The position numbers were made by a program, and so were the translations under genes. The notes beneath the pieces were generated by a model. It made no database searches, had not been told where the DNA came from, and was given only the letters and a program-made list of their open reading frames with translations. A DNA stretch of 64,000 nucleotides from Lama guanicoe (taxonomy: Eukaryota): NCBI GenBank assembly GCA_013239625.1, contig MU057342.1:5518335-5582334 (forward strand), in the 5' to 3' direction. Below, piece after piece: positions 50,181-62,400 of the stretch (within the stretch, counting starts at the first letter, position 1; every line of letters begins with the position of its first letter).

Positions 50181-52669
50181 CTTGCCGTAAAACGCATTTT
50201 ACTAATATCCATAGCACACCCCTCCTTCTCCCCAAAGTGTCTTGGCTGGTTTTAACAGCCAATTTTCTTGGATGTGAAAGCAAAACCTCTGCAAGTTCCA
50301 AACCATTCCATATGACATTTAGACTTTCAGATGAAAATCTTCCCAAATCACTATGATTTCATATGAACAGCATTTTCTGCTTTCCAACAAAGAAACTCAG
50401 ACCCCTGGGTCATTGTGAATGAGTCTTTGCAGCTCTACACTTTTTGATATTTACTAAACAAGGCCTGCCCAGAGATTATGGGGGAATTGTGATGTTGATT
50501 AAACCATGATGTTCCTGTTACCCAGCAAGGCAAACGGTTGAGTGATAAAAGCAGTCCGGTGTTCTAAAATCATTTTCAAAGCAAAAGAGGGTCTGAACAA
50601 AATAAATGATTTGAATGCAAGACATAAACAACTAAACAGGCTGGCAAACGAGACCAGTAATGAGGCATCTGGGACACCAGTTCTCCTCCTGATGACTTTC
50701 AGGGCCAGCCTTGATGCCTTTCAGATTTTCAAAGAAAAATAAACTGGTGACAAAAGAACAGCAGCTGTGGGCACAATAAGGAAATTAGTTGGAGCAGATT
50801 TGTAATTAAGCACTGAAAATGGAGCAGTATGATCTCTCCCTGCATACAAGTACCTTTCCCTTTTTGCCTCTTTTCAAAATTCCCTTTTTAAAAAATAAAC
50901 ACACACTTCAGCTTCAGTTATGCATGTCCTAACCTGGGATATTAGCTAAAGGTATTACTTTTTCTGAGAAAAACAAGAAATCAGCTCACAGGAAGCATAG
51001 AACCCCATGAAGTAAAATAACATTGACTCTGGGTTCCCATTTTGTTTTAATTTTTGTCACTTTATAACTTTGGAAAGACAAAAGGGTTCAAAAGACTGTA
51101 TATTTATGTATAATGAAGGAAGGGTGAGGGATCCTGGGACATTTGAGGGCAATTAATTTTCATTTCCCAATACAAGATGAAGATGAGAATTTTATGATCC
51201 CCACAATTGTCTTTACATCATTTAACAACGGCATCTAAGACAAATAAAGCTTAGGCTCTAAAGATATTTTTATACACTGAAGGTTTTTTTTTTTTAAGCA
51301 GTATTTTTGTGTGGAATGAATCTTAGTGTTAAATATATTGGTTATGCCTTCTAAGGCTAGAGGTGGCTCTCCCACCCACTCCCATGCCCATGGCTTCCCC
51401 CCACCTCTACAACTCCCCTTCTGATACCCTTGTGGGTGTCACGGCTGAGATTCCAGGCAGCTGTTAGAGAGGGACAGACCTAGGCTCTTCTTGAACTGGA
51501 AATTAGTGTATTTCTCAGAGGAGCTGATTCCTACTTCCTGGTCCACCCCTGAGAGAGCGCCCTTCCCCTGCCTCCTGGACCCTAGCCCCTCTTCCTGTAA
51601 ATCACTCTGAGTCCAGAGAAACGTTAAGAGGAGCAGGTCAGACCCAGGTGTCCTGAATCATTAAGCACACTGGCTCCTCTGGGGGGCCAGCCAGACCTTC
51701 TGAGCTTTGACAGCAGTGAAATGTGACAAGAAAGTAAATATCCTTGTGCTCCACTTATCCAGAGGTCAGGCGTCCCTCAACCTGCCTTCTGGAACTCAGT
51801 TGAGAAGCAGGAAGGAAGCAAAACAGGCTGGAAGCAGCGGAAACACCAGTCACAAAGCAATGCACTTTAACGATGTCTAATTGGCTCTTAATTAACACAC
51901 ACTCCTAACAAGCCCATTTATGTAGTCTCCCAGCCCACAACGTATTAAAAGCAGAAAATTCGAGGGGGACACGGAAGGAGGGAAGAGAGGTTGGTACTGA
52001 TCACACTGAAGGCAGAAAAAAATGATGGCAAACAGCCTGACATCAAAGGAAGAGATAAAAACAAGCCCCTAAAAAGCGGTCCCAGAATTAGCAAAATCAG
52101 CAATCCACAGCTGTGTCAGGTCAAACAGCACGATGGGCGCAGCTGTTCCTCAGCACTGCAGTCCCTGCTCTAAAGGCAAAGAACCCGTGTGCAGGAGAGA
52201 GCCTGGCGCTGGGAACACGGAGGCGGTGGCCAAGTGTCCATCTCCCCTCTCCTGGGTCCTCCACCCCTAGAGTGCTTGGGACTCTCCTAGAGACCTTGCT
52301 GTTAAGATGGAGCCAGAGCTCCAGCCCGGCCTGTGGAGATTCTGCTAGAAAACATCCAGACCATCAGCCCAGGATTCTGCATTTTCACAAGGCCCCTCCC
52401 ATGGTGATGGTGACTCAGAGTCACACTTTCAAAAACATAGCTCGCTAGCTCCTTCACCAAATTGGGAATTGGCTTAGGCAAATTAGACTTATTCTGGGTC
52501 TTGCTGCTTCTGTGAAAGAAGAGGTCTAGTATATCGTCTCTAATTTCCTGACAGCCCTGTGGGCTAAGAGCATATACTAATTTTATGATTAACTCTCAGA
52601 CAGCTGCTGAACAGCCAAGAAAGTGTTCATGAAGGTGACAGACTTGAGAGTTTTTTTTTTCAAAAAGGA

Positions 52670-52900
52670 GGCTTCCCAAAGCGTGTTTCATTAGTATCTC
52701 TAACCTTTTTTTTAATTGCGCAGCTTATTAGTTAAAATTTTGGGGGTATTCACTTTCAATAGATGTGTATTTTTATTCATTATAATTTATGCATGTGCTA
52801 CTTAATTCATATATTGTTTACATCATAAAACATACACAAGATAAAAATAAAATTAGAAGTTATAATATTTTCTTCACATACACCTATTTTTAAGACTTTG
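52670..52900. mobile_element. Charlie4-like DNA transposon fragment
   Basis: gcttcccaaagcgtg...cataaaacatacacaagataaaaataaaattagaagttataatattttctt. Confidence 0.5.
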
Positions 52901-52984
52901 TGGTAAATTTTAGAATAAATTCTAATCAACATCCAGTGGAATGTGAACTATTTTAAGGGCACATTTTGCCTTGTGGTTGTATTC

Positions 52985-53052
52985 TCAAGGCCCAGCACAA
53001 TTCCAGGCTCACGGTCCAGGAATGTTTTTGAAAGAATGAATGAATGAATGAG
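52985..53052 (+). mobile_element. L2 3' tail
   Basis: ggcccagcacaattccaggctcac...aatgtttttgaaagaatgaatgaatgaatga. Confidence 0.7.
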
Positions 53053-53857
53053 TGAAAGTATGTCTTGGGATTTGAAGTGGCTAAGCTTTGGTTATCAGGA
53101 GTATTCATCTGTATGGAATATCTTTTTCTTCCATGGTAGTCAATAATGTGACTGAATATAGAAAATAAAGAATGAAAGAATGAAGAATGAAGTTGAGAAA
53201 TATCATCCACATTTGAGGAAACTGCCTGTTGGAATTTAGGGAGTATGATCAATATTTATGAAGCTCAGAAAACCCTCTCTGGGGCAGGAGAATGACTCAC
53301 AGTTCACAAAAAGGTAAAAGAATTGGTTGTTTTATAACAGGTATCCATTAAATACCATATGTGTTCATGAAGGGTTTTGTGTGTATGTGTGTGTGTGTGC
53401 GCATGCGCCTGTGTGTTGAAGACATTCTTTAGGAAAGTAGTAGAGATTTCCTTTTCCAGGTATATGCTGTATCAGATACAATTTATTTAAACTGATTTTT
53501 TTTTGATTTGGGGAAACAAGGTAATGTTTTTAAATTTACTAAAAAAATTAACATATATTGGGCCCTTCTTTATTCAAAGACATTTAAAATCTTGTTCCTT
53601 CCACAAAACATGTTTGCAGTTTATGTCATATGAGGAATCACTTTGCAAAGCCCTATAGGTGTATACCTTTAGTTTTCTGTTTGCTAAAGTGACCAAGGCT
53701 GAATTATAGTACCTGCCCATTGGTCACTGATACTGCAGTCTCTATAAGAACAACTAGTGACTGCTGGGATTGTGAGGAAGAATTATCTTGGGAAGAAGAG
53801 GGTAGACCCATCTTTGAAAAAAATGCAAAAGGTGATGGATATCAACTTCATTTAGTT

Positions 53858-54193
53858 TAGCACTTCTCAAACTTTCTGGTCTTAGACCCCCTTTACATTC
53901 TTAAAAATTATTGATGACAAAAGAGAGCTTATGTTTATCTGGGTTATACTTATAAATATTGGAAATTTAAATGGAGAAATCTTTAAAATACAAGAATACA
54001 CATTCTATTCATTAGCCGGCAGAACAATGAATACAGCCTCTAGAAAACTACACTGCCAATTCATGAAAGAATAAAAGTGAAAAAGGAAAAGAACACTTTG
54101 GTATTATTATGAAAGTAATTTTAACTGGCTGAACACACTGGAAGGGTCTCAGGAACCCCCAGGGGGCCCTAGACTGCACTTTGTGAACCACCG
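53858..54193. mobile_element. Charlie1-family MITE (MER106/MER119-like)
   Basis: ttctcaaactttctggtcttagaccccctttacattcttaaaaattattga...ggtattattatgaaagtaattttaac...gggtctcaggaacccccaggg...cactttgtgaaccaccg; TSD atttagtt/acttagtg. Confidence 0.85.
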
Positions 54194-54913
54194 ACTTAGT
54201 GGATTCTAGAAGAAAAAACCTGACCGTGTCCATTCCTGGAAGAAGCTGTCACCCAAGATGTACGAGTGACCTCTGGCTGGTGAAGACTGAGCAATTTCAC
54301 CTGGATGGAGGCTCCGCTGGTGATGGCTGGTGGCCCACCAAATTATGACGAAGCACGTACCATGGTGTGCTGAATGTGGAGGATACGGTATTTATAAGAA
54401 TGACCTTTTCACCTCTGAAATATTTGGAACTGGTGCCCTTGTCTTTTTGACATGATCCTTGACACAGTGACCCATGTTCCTGTGAATTCTTTGCTGTGGC
54501 CATCTCTGGAAATCATTAGCGTCTGGGTGTGGGTGAAGAATTCTGAAGGGTAGTTGCTCGAGAGCTCAGTCCTCGAGTTTCAACAGGTGTATTCTTTTGA
54601 ACTGAGATATCTCCATTTCAGCAGGAATTTTCTGCTGTGTCAGAAACAAGGTAGAAGAGGTAGCTATTCTCTTGGGCAAACATTTACCATTTTATTATTT
54701 AAAGTTTAACCCTATAAATATACAAATACTTGTTGAATGAATGACTTCTGGAGCATGAAATCAACTGAAATGTACTAACCACGGTCTTGGAAAAACAGAT
54801 CTTTTCTTATGGCAAAATAGAGGAAGACTCTTTTCTCTTTCTTCCAGTGAGAGAAGGGAGTGGGGTGGACAGAGATAGGTTAGTCACTTGGAGATGAATC
54901 GGGGAACAGGGGG

Positions 54914-55642
54914 CAGAGACGGTTCCAGTGTAAAAAAACAATGTGAGGCCCCTTATTCTAAAAGCAGGAAAAAAGGGCATTAAAATTACTAAAATACAGA
55001 ATATTTTCCTTTCTTCCACAATCTCTCAACTTGTCATGGTGTTTTTTATTTGCTATCAGACGTCATTTTAAGTAAGTAAAAGTAAAAATTTTGTATTATT
55101 AGCATGAATTATACCATTCACCTTTATATTGTGGAATGCCAGTTTTAAATGCAAATATAAGAGCACTTAACTTGCACACAGAATCACTGAAATTATGCAA
55201 TTTGTTTTTGTAGCGCATACATGCATATGAATTTAATTCTTACCAGAACACTTCACAAAGCTAACTCAATTTTTTTTTATTTCATTCGTTGAGTCATGAG
55301 CATTCTACCACACTCTGGAAGCAGATGGCTTCCATAATATGCTTACCTTGTACTCTGAGGCTCTCTAAACTCCACACGTGGTGGGTCCACAGGAATGCTA
55401 TGCTTGTGAGGCGCTGCCAAAGCTATATATGAATGGGCAGCAAGGAGCAGGGGACACGCATTACTTTGTGTATCTCCTCTGCTTACACGCATGCTTCCTT
55501 GTCCCACTGAACCTCACAAGTAAGGGTAAAATTTCTGAGAATTTCAAGATGGTGACAGCTATAATTTAACCAAGCATGGGGCCCTACTAAGCATGGGGTC
55601 CTGTCTGACTGCACAAGTCACATACCCATGAAGCTGAGCCTG
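54914..55642 (-). mobile_element. MER45B-like hAT-Tip100 element
   Basis: terminus ggggtcctgtctgactgcacaagtcacatacccatgaagctgagcctg; other end cagagacggttcc; 8-bp TSD acaggggg/acttgggg. Confidence 0.85.
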
Positions 55643-55809
55643 ACTTGGGGGTGATGCTCTTGTGATGACAGTGGAGGCTTATTCTGGCCAGCATACCTGC
55701 TCTTGGGTTACGGTGTGCAAATCTCTCTCAAAGGTGGGACATCCAGGATCCACCGGAGAATACTGTTCTCCCAGGGCCAGGGAGGCTGGAGAGCAGCAGA
55801 GGGAGCCTA

Positions 55810-56021
55810 AGATGATCTGTTGGGGCACACAAAGAAAATGATTGAATTCCTTTTCCCATTTACTTTTTATCTCATACTTTAGAAATTTCTGTGTTGTGTG
55901 TGTTTTCAGAATGCATAAAACATCAGCAGAGCCCTGCAATGTATATAGTTTATAAATATATAAACAAACATTGGCATGTGCTCTCAAAAATGTTTTACTG
56001 AAAGGAGTACTTGAGAAACTG
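55810..56021. mobile_element. Charlie4-like DNA transposon fragment
   Basis: ggggcacacaaagaaaat...tttttatctcat...gtatatagtttataaatatataaac...ctcaaaaatgttttactgaaagg. Confidence 0.55.
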
Positions 56022-56414
56022 AAGGGGCACAACCACAGAAGACAGAGTAAGGAATGAGTCAAGGAGGAGCACCTGGGGACTGAGGAGATGCCCATTTTGT
56101 TTACTTAGCAATGGCTTCCTGAGAGAAGAGACTGAGTAGAAATGGGAGACAGAATCCAGCACCCTCACTGGGATCAGTCCACCCCACTACCCCACCTTCC
56201 CCTGATGTGGGATATCAGATCCACATGAGCTCCAGCCAGACAAGTGGAACTAGTGATGGTGGGAGCCCCTTGACCTACCAGGGGGATATTTAAGTCGTGC
56301 CCATGGAGAGAGCCAGGGATAAAGCCTGGGGCATCACTGGCTTCTCTCGGATTCCCTTGAATAAGAGAGAGAGAGACTAAAAATTAAAGGCAAAACAAGA
56401 AAAGCCAAGTCAGC

Positions 56415-56672
56415 AATAGTAATTTATTGAATTTTATGCCATTGAACTCACTATGAAGTGGGTGTTGTTCTTCCCAGTTTACAGATGAAGAAATGGAGAG
56501 CCAGAGCGTGAAATGACTTGCTGAGGGTCACAGAGCTAGTTCTGACCAGGGCTGCCTGTCACCTTCCTCACCTATAGGCTGCAGGAGGCTAAGCAGAAAT
56601 ACCCCCATGTGGTAGGAATTACTATTGTTATCATCCCCATTTTATAGATGAGGAACCTGAGGTTCAGAAGGC
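56415..56672 (-). mobile_element. Two MIR SINE fragments
   Basis: cccagtttacagatgaagaaatggagagccagag...tgacttgctgagggtcacagagctag and atccccattttatagatgaggaacctgaggttcaga. Confidence 0.85.
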
Positions 56673-58489
56673 AGCTGTGATGACCAGATCTTGTTCTGGA
56701 TAGAAGCTGGGCCTATGGTCCATGGGCAAGTCAGCCTGAGTCAAAGTCTAGAGACCAGGTGCCATGGCTGAGATGATGGCCAGCACCCTGTTCAGAGTGA
56801 AACCAACCATCTAAAAGTTTGGAGGGATCCAAGGGTTCAAACTGTAATTCCTGGTTCTAGAAATGAGTGGACACAGTCTTTGGTCTCTGAACTGGAAATT
56901 GTAAATTAAATTTACTTTATCTTTCAAAGCAAGCTCAAGGGCATTAAGAATCACTTTATAATGATCTCTTTGGTATTTATGATATCCCTAAAAGGTAACA
57001 AAGCTGCTTCATATCCTATTTATATCTGCACAAAGCTAAGGAGCAGGGACAAGTTTTTCCTGCTTATGGCTGAGAAAGACGCTGTCCGACTCCAAATCCC
57101 TGCACCGGCTCTGACGTGGGGCTGCAAATAAGGCAGCTTCTCACTGTCCTTCCATTTCTTGTTTTCCCTCATTTGGTTAAATCACACAAGCTCAGTGCTT
57201 GGAGCTTCCGTCTTCTTATCCTGAACATTATGTACTGTTCCAGCTCACATACAGCCACCCAGGAAGGAAACATTTTGTTCCTTTCAGACAGAGGGCCTGG
57301 CCAGCCAATGGCCACGCTGTTGAAAAGCTCTGTAAGTAACATTATCTCTGCTGTGTTAAAAAAGGTCTAGAACTGGAAAGTGTACAGCGTTAGAGTTTAT
57401 AACCTCTGGCCCACTTACTTCAAAATCAAGTATGAAAGAAAAATTGCAGAAGCAAGAGAGGGAGGGTAATGATGAGAGAGACAGTCAGACAGACGGAATC
57501 AAGCTCACACCTCTTTTCCAATCCATTTTGAGTTTTCCTAAACCCACCTGTAACTTAGCAAATCAGTCTATCAAGCCTCGATCTATTTCATACCTGCTAG
57601 AAACCTAAACGATGCTAATTTTTTATTATAGTCAATTCACTATCCAAAATGCTATTATATGCTTGTCATTTTTAATATTACTTGAAATACGTTTTATTGT
57701 TCTTCTTTTCTTTTTTAACTTCCATAACTTGGTTAAAGCACTTCATAAAATACATAGACATTGTAGTAAATGCATTCTTTGGGCTGCAAGAAGAAAAGGA
57801 AATTTGCCCAGCAAGTTCTCAACCTCATGTTTTTATTTTTTTGAGGTTTCTGGTTTCTCAGCTTTAAACAAGCTATTTACTTTCAATTTACATGGCAGAG
57901 AATTTTGAGAGGTTCTAAATTAAATGGGCAAAAAATGTTTCAAGTGGCACAAAAATATAAGGAAATGTGACATGGAAAAATGCCTGAAATCTATTCTACC
58001 TAAAAAATTATGTTAGGAATTAAATAGTGAATTGGGCAGGAAAAAAACACCTCACAGTCATTTTTTTTCTACTGTAGGAAATTAAGAAATATAAATTCAA
58101 TTCTGGACCATGAGGAGTCATGCAAGGCTCATGGATGATCTCAAAAAGCATTCCTGCATACTCCTCTTTGGCATGTTTATTTGCACATGTACAAAGCATA
58201 AATAGGACTGAAGAGAAAATACATAATGTTTCAAATAATAGTTTTACTCTGAAAACTTGTGTGACTGGAAAGCTGTCTAGTTTAGCTCTTCCTCCACCTG
58301 TTCGGCTCCAGTCTTCTCCCCAACTAGAGATGGATGTGTGTCTTATACTGACAGACAGCACGTGCTTGGTTGGAATTCCTCTCTTTTCCTCTCCCTTGCC
58401 ATCTCCCTCACTCTACTATCTTTGTACCTTCCTGGTCTTCCATAGACAGCCTCTGAGAGGGGGAGAAATGCCCCAGCAATAATAATGGC

Positions 58490-58860
58490 TGGTGTTTTGC
58501 AATGACTCACAGTGAGCTTTTCTATTTACCTTAATCTAAACTCTTTAGATGCACTGTAGCATTTAATCTTCACCACGACCTTGTGAGGTAGGGTCTATTA
58601 ATATCTCCATTTTATTTTATTTTTTTAAATTTATTTTTACAAGGACCCAGGGTTTCTTTATTTTAAAATTAATATTGTTATTTAAAACTCACTCAACACC
58701 CCCAGTAAATCTGGGAAGCAGGAGTTTTCTCTCCAACTCAAATATCCCCATTTTAAAGTTGAGAAAACTGAGTTATAGGGGAGATAAATTACTTGCCAAA
58801 GGATGTACAGTTTGTAAAAGGCATAGCAGGGTTTCAACCCAGGCAGTCTGCTTTCAAAAT
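58490..58860 (-). mobile_element. MIR SINE split by a retroposed insert
   Basis: atttaatcttcaccacgaccttgtgaggtagggtctattaatatc-[insert]-cccattttaaagttgagaaaactgag...acttgccaaagg. Confidence 0.85.
58615..58740 (-). pseudogene. Short retrocopy of a polyadenylated transcript 3' end (source unidentified)
   Basis: minus strand ...AATAAA-18 nt-A-rich tail; 15-bp TSD aatatctccatttta (58600-58614) / aatatccccatttta (58741-58755); TTTT/AA target. Confidence 0.8.
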
Positions 58861-58954
58861 ACATACTTATAAACAAATAGCACATACATGTACCCCTTGC
58901 CCCTGGCAAAAATAAGGGGACAGGAGTACCAAGGAGCATAATGGATAAGAGGAT

Positions 58955-59118
58955 AGGATAGTAATGACTTGAAGGTACAAGAGAGGCTTGTGAGTTGGGA
59001 ATGATCTATTTCTTGATCCAGATGCTGATTCCATGCACTTTGTGAAAATTTGTGGAGCTGAATACTTATGCACTTTTATGTTTGTGTATTATACTTCAAT
59101 TGTATTAAAATAGAAAAA
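58955..59118 (+). mobile_element. L1ME-type 3' end
   Basis: ctatttcttgatccagatgctgattccatgcactttgtgaaaatttgtggagctgaatacttatgcacttttatgtttgtgtattatacttcaat. Confidence 0.8.
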
Positions 59119-59145
59119 GGAAATGAGCAAATATAAAGAATTTAT

Positions 59146-59187
59146 ATCGATCGATCGTTCGATCGATCTATCTATCTATCTATCTAT
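59146..59187. repeat. Compound (ATCG)n(ATCT)n microsatellite
   Basis: ATCG ATCG ATCG TTCG ATCG then (ATCT)5. Confidence 0.95.
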
Positions 59188-59289
59188 AACTAATGGGACT
59201 TGAGGAGTCATTTGCCTTAAACAATCTTGTTGAAAAGGTCTCTGAGGGAATCTATCTCACGTGTGGGTGGCCGGGTGGGTGGTTTTGAT

Positions 59290-59435
59290 TTGACTGTAGG
59301 TCTCACCACTAGGTAACTTTGGGATAATAACTTGATCTCTTCACATGTCTCAGTTAACTCATCTGCAACCTGGGGATAGCTTACTCCTACTTCGCAGGGT
59401 AGGATTAAATGGTTTACTTTACATAAAGACTTGGT
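59290..59435 (+). mobile_element. MIR SINE
   Basis: ggtaactttgggataataacttgatctcttt...tctcagttaactcatctgcaacctggggata...aggattaaatg. Confidence 0.7.
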
Positions 59436-62400
59436 AGTGGCATCTTCTTTGATGCCAAGGTGATTAGGGTGACTAGGGTGTCCCAGCAGGGGAGGGAGAA
59501 CTGGGCTTCACAGCTAGTAAACATGATTCTTCCTAAACAAATAAAGTGTAGGTATTTAAAAGCCATTTTCTTGGCAGGATCAAGGGTGTGTTACTTCTGC
59601 AGCTAAAAAGCTCTTTCCTTCACAACAAATTGTATGACCAGATCCAAAGTTAGCCAGCCTGACACTAATAAATCCACTGGCTTCCCCTCGTTCAGAAGGT
59701 GCAGGTATTGCAAAGAGTACATGTTCCTGCCTCCAGGGTAAATCAGTGTTCCAGAAGGAAAACACTGAAGTGGAAGTGAATAGATCTATCTTATTTCCCA
59801 GGGTTTATGACAAAGGCAGAATTCCAGGGAGAAGCCAATGAGGAAAGGAAGAGTTAAATTTCTTGGACCGTACGACTATTACTGTGTCTGCTCATTGGCT
59901 TGATGTCTTTTAAACCTGTAACGTCTGAGATCTTTGTTCCCATTTTTTGGACCCTCCATCACACGAAGCTGGCCCACTCTGTGGGCCCTTCACTCTGCCC
60001 TTCTGTGCCTGACGTCCTGCCCTTCTTCACAAAGGCCCATTCTAATTTCGCCAACGGTCAGCTCCACTTGCCGCAATCCCGTCAAAGCTGACAAATTAAA
60101 CATGTCAGGTGACATATGGAAGAAAAGACTTACTGATTTATTATGGAACTTTTCATGGATAAGAGTTATTTCTCTTGGCCTAGTACCTGCTCTCAAGGCT
60201 TGATCACATTTCAAGGTACTGTAGCCATTCACTCAAATATTCCAGGTCCTCAGATGTTCACGTGCATGTGTCTGTCTGTGTGTGTACACATCTGAAGATG
60301 GCTGGAAAGCTGTGGCAAGGCTATTGATTGCAAAGTGAGAACGAAAGGGAAAACTTAAGGTTCCCTCCAATCCTCACTGCTAATGATTTTTAGTGTCACT
60401 GTGGCTATCTTAGTTGGGAAAAGGACTCAGGGTCACTTTGCATGAAAAACAGTCTTTAACGTGGGTAAGTTTGAAAACATTGTACTATTTATTTGAAGAA
60501 GTATATAGAAAGCTTTATTCTCCTTCTTATTTTTGTTTGCAAATAGAATGCTATTGTGTCTATCTCTTGAGGTGTTGTGCTTTATTTAAAAAAAAGACCT
60601 AGTGGTATAGGAAGGTCAGATTTGGGGGTGATCATTCTCCCTCTAGCTTTTCAGATGTCACAACCAGATGAAGGATAATTTAAGAAGCCCAGAACTGGGT
60701 GATGGGTCTTGCAGAGCTGCCTCTCTGTTGGACCTGGAGGAAAGCTTATCCCCAGCCAGGTAATTTATGACAGAAGACGATCTCAGCTCCCTGCAGGCAG
60801 CACAGCCTAAGTTCTCCAAAGAACTTCTGCTTTATTGGAGAGAGCTGTAAGGCTGGAGACGGGATAAATTATGGCTTTCCAGTGGCTTTCCCCTTTCTCC
60901 TTTTCCTTGTTGTGACTGTTATTTATTATTGTGAGTAGGCATGAGAGGGTTCACTTTGCCAACTTTTGAACCCTCTCTAAATTAATGGCTCTGAATTTTG
61001 AACCATTTCTGAACCTTCCCGCATTTGAGTTCCTATTCTGTTAGCATTCTGCAGTGTCCTGTTGTGAACGGAGAAAGACTCTAAAAGGTTTTATTTTAAA
61101 AGGCTGAAACATTTTCTTAGACATCAAATAGAACTTTTTTTTAAGAAAAGCAACTTTTGTGACGAGTCAAGTGTAAATGAATTGAAAACATATGCTCAAA
61201 TCTCCCCCAGTTTATGTAGCAGGTTCATGGCTGAATTACTATCAGGCTTTCTGGGATTCAAAGTTGATATGAAATGATGGGACAAAGGATGAGTCCAGAC
61301 ACATTAGTTCTTTTGGTTTCTACTGCTTTGTTCCTTTTTTAATAAAAAATGCTTTGGTTGAGCTCTGAAAGCTGGAAAGAAGAGGAGATGTTTAGAAGCA
61401 GCATTTTGCCAAGTAAGAGCTCTATTAAGAAACAGGTCATTTTGGCTAAAGAATTAAATTCTTGATTTAATGACTGTAACATTAGGAGGTAGAAATAGCT
61501 TTGAAATCTGGGCTGCCTACCTCTCCACTACATTGGAGCCCTTCTCATCACCTTCATGCCTGCAGCTCATTTGGTGCTTCCTTCTCAAGCTTCAAGTTCT
61601 GTCCTTAAGAACCCTGAGAGGTTCTTTGGTCTAGGGTCTAGCACTTTCTATGGTCAATCGCCTTAAATATGCCTTTCTGAAAGTGAGTCCTGTGGGCACA
61701 CAGACAGCTCTGCAAAGGTAGCCTACGATGAAATAGAGGAAATTCTGCTCTTCCTTGTGGTCCCTGTGTTCAGGGATGTCCAATGCTGCTTCAACCTCAG
61801 GAGATCTACATGGGAGCAGAGCAGGCTTCTGGGAGTCAGAGTGCACTGTATGTGGCCGAAGTTTAAGAGTCATCTGCCAAATGAATGTCTTGGCAGCTGG
61901 ACAGCAAATGTGCATCAGATGCCTACAGGATGACACCCTGTAATGTGTGTTTGGGAGATAGTAGCCATGAGGCTGCAAACCAGACAGAGACAAGCAAAGA
62001 ATGTTTCCGTTTGCTGCCGGCATTCTCCGTACACGCTTGGGAGAACTGCCTGCCGTGTTCTGTGGATCTGCCCTGTTTCCCCACCTGACAAAAAATCTGG
62101 GCTCACCATTTGCCCCTCACCTTGTGAGGTGGATGGGGGGTAAATATGAGAAATCCTCCAGAGAGCTTAAGGATCTGTGGTTTAAAGTCAAGCACTCATA
62201 GAAGAAAGTACCAAGCACCAGGAAAACGTGTTTTTAGCACTAGAGAGATATGCTCAAAGGGAAGTAGATACATTTGGCATGAAGTTAGCCACCAGCTCAG
62301 AACATGCTTTTCTACCCACTGTGAGAAGAGGAAGGCACAGTTGTTAAAAAGTTACTTGGAGATGATAGAATGTGCTGACAAGAAACTGCCAAGAAAATCC

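Noticed and set aside
52565-52585. catatactaa resembling U6 snRNA
   Set aside because: Only ~10 nt match; no flanking U6 sequence
55572-55600. Direct repeat aagcatgggg x2
   Set aside because: Lies in the subterminal region of the MER45B-like element and is explained by it
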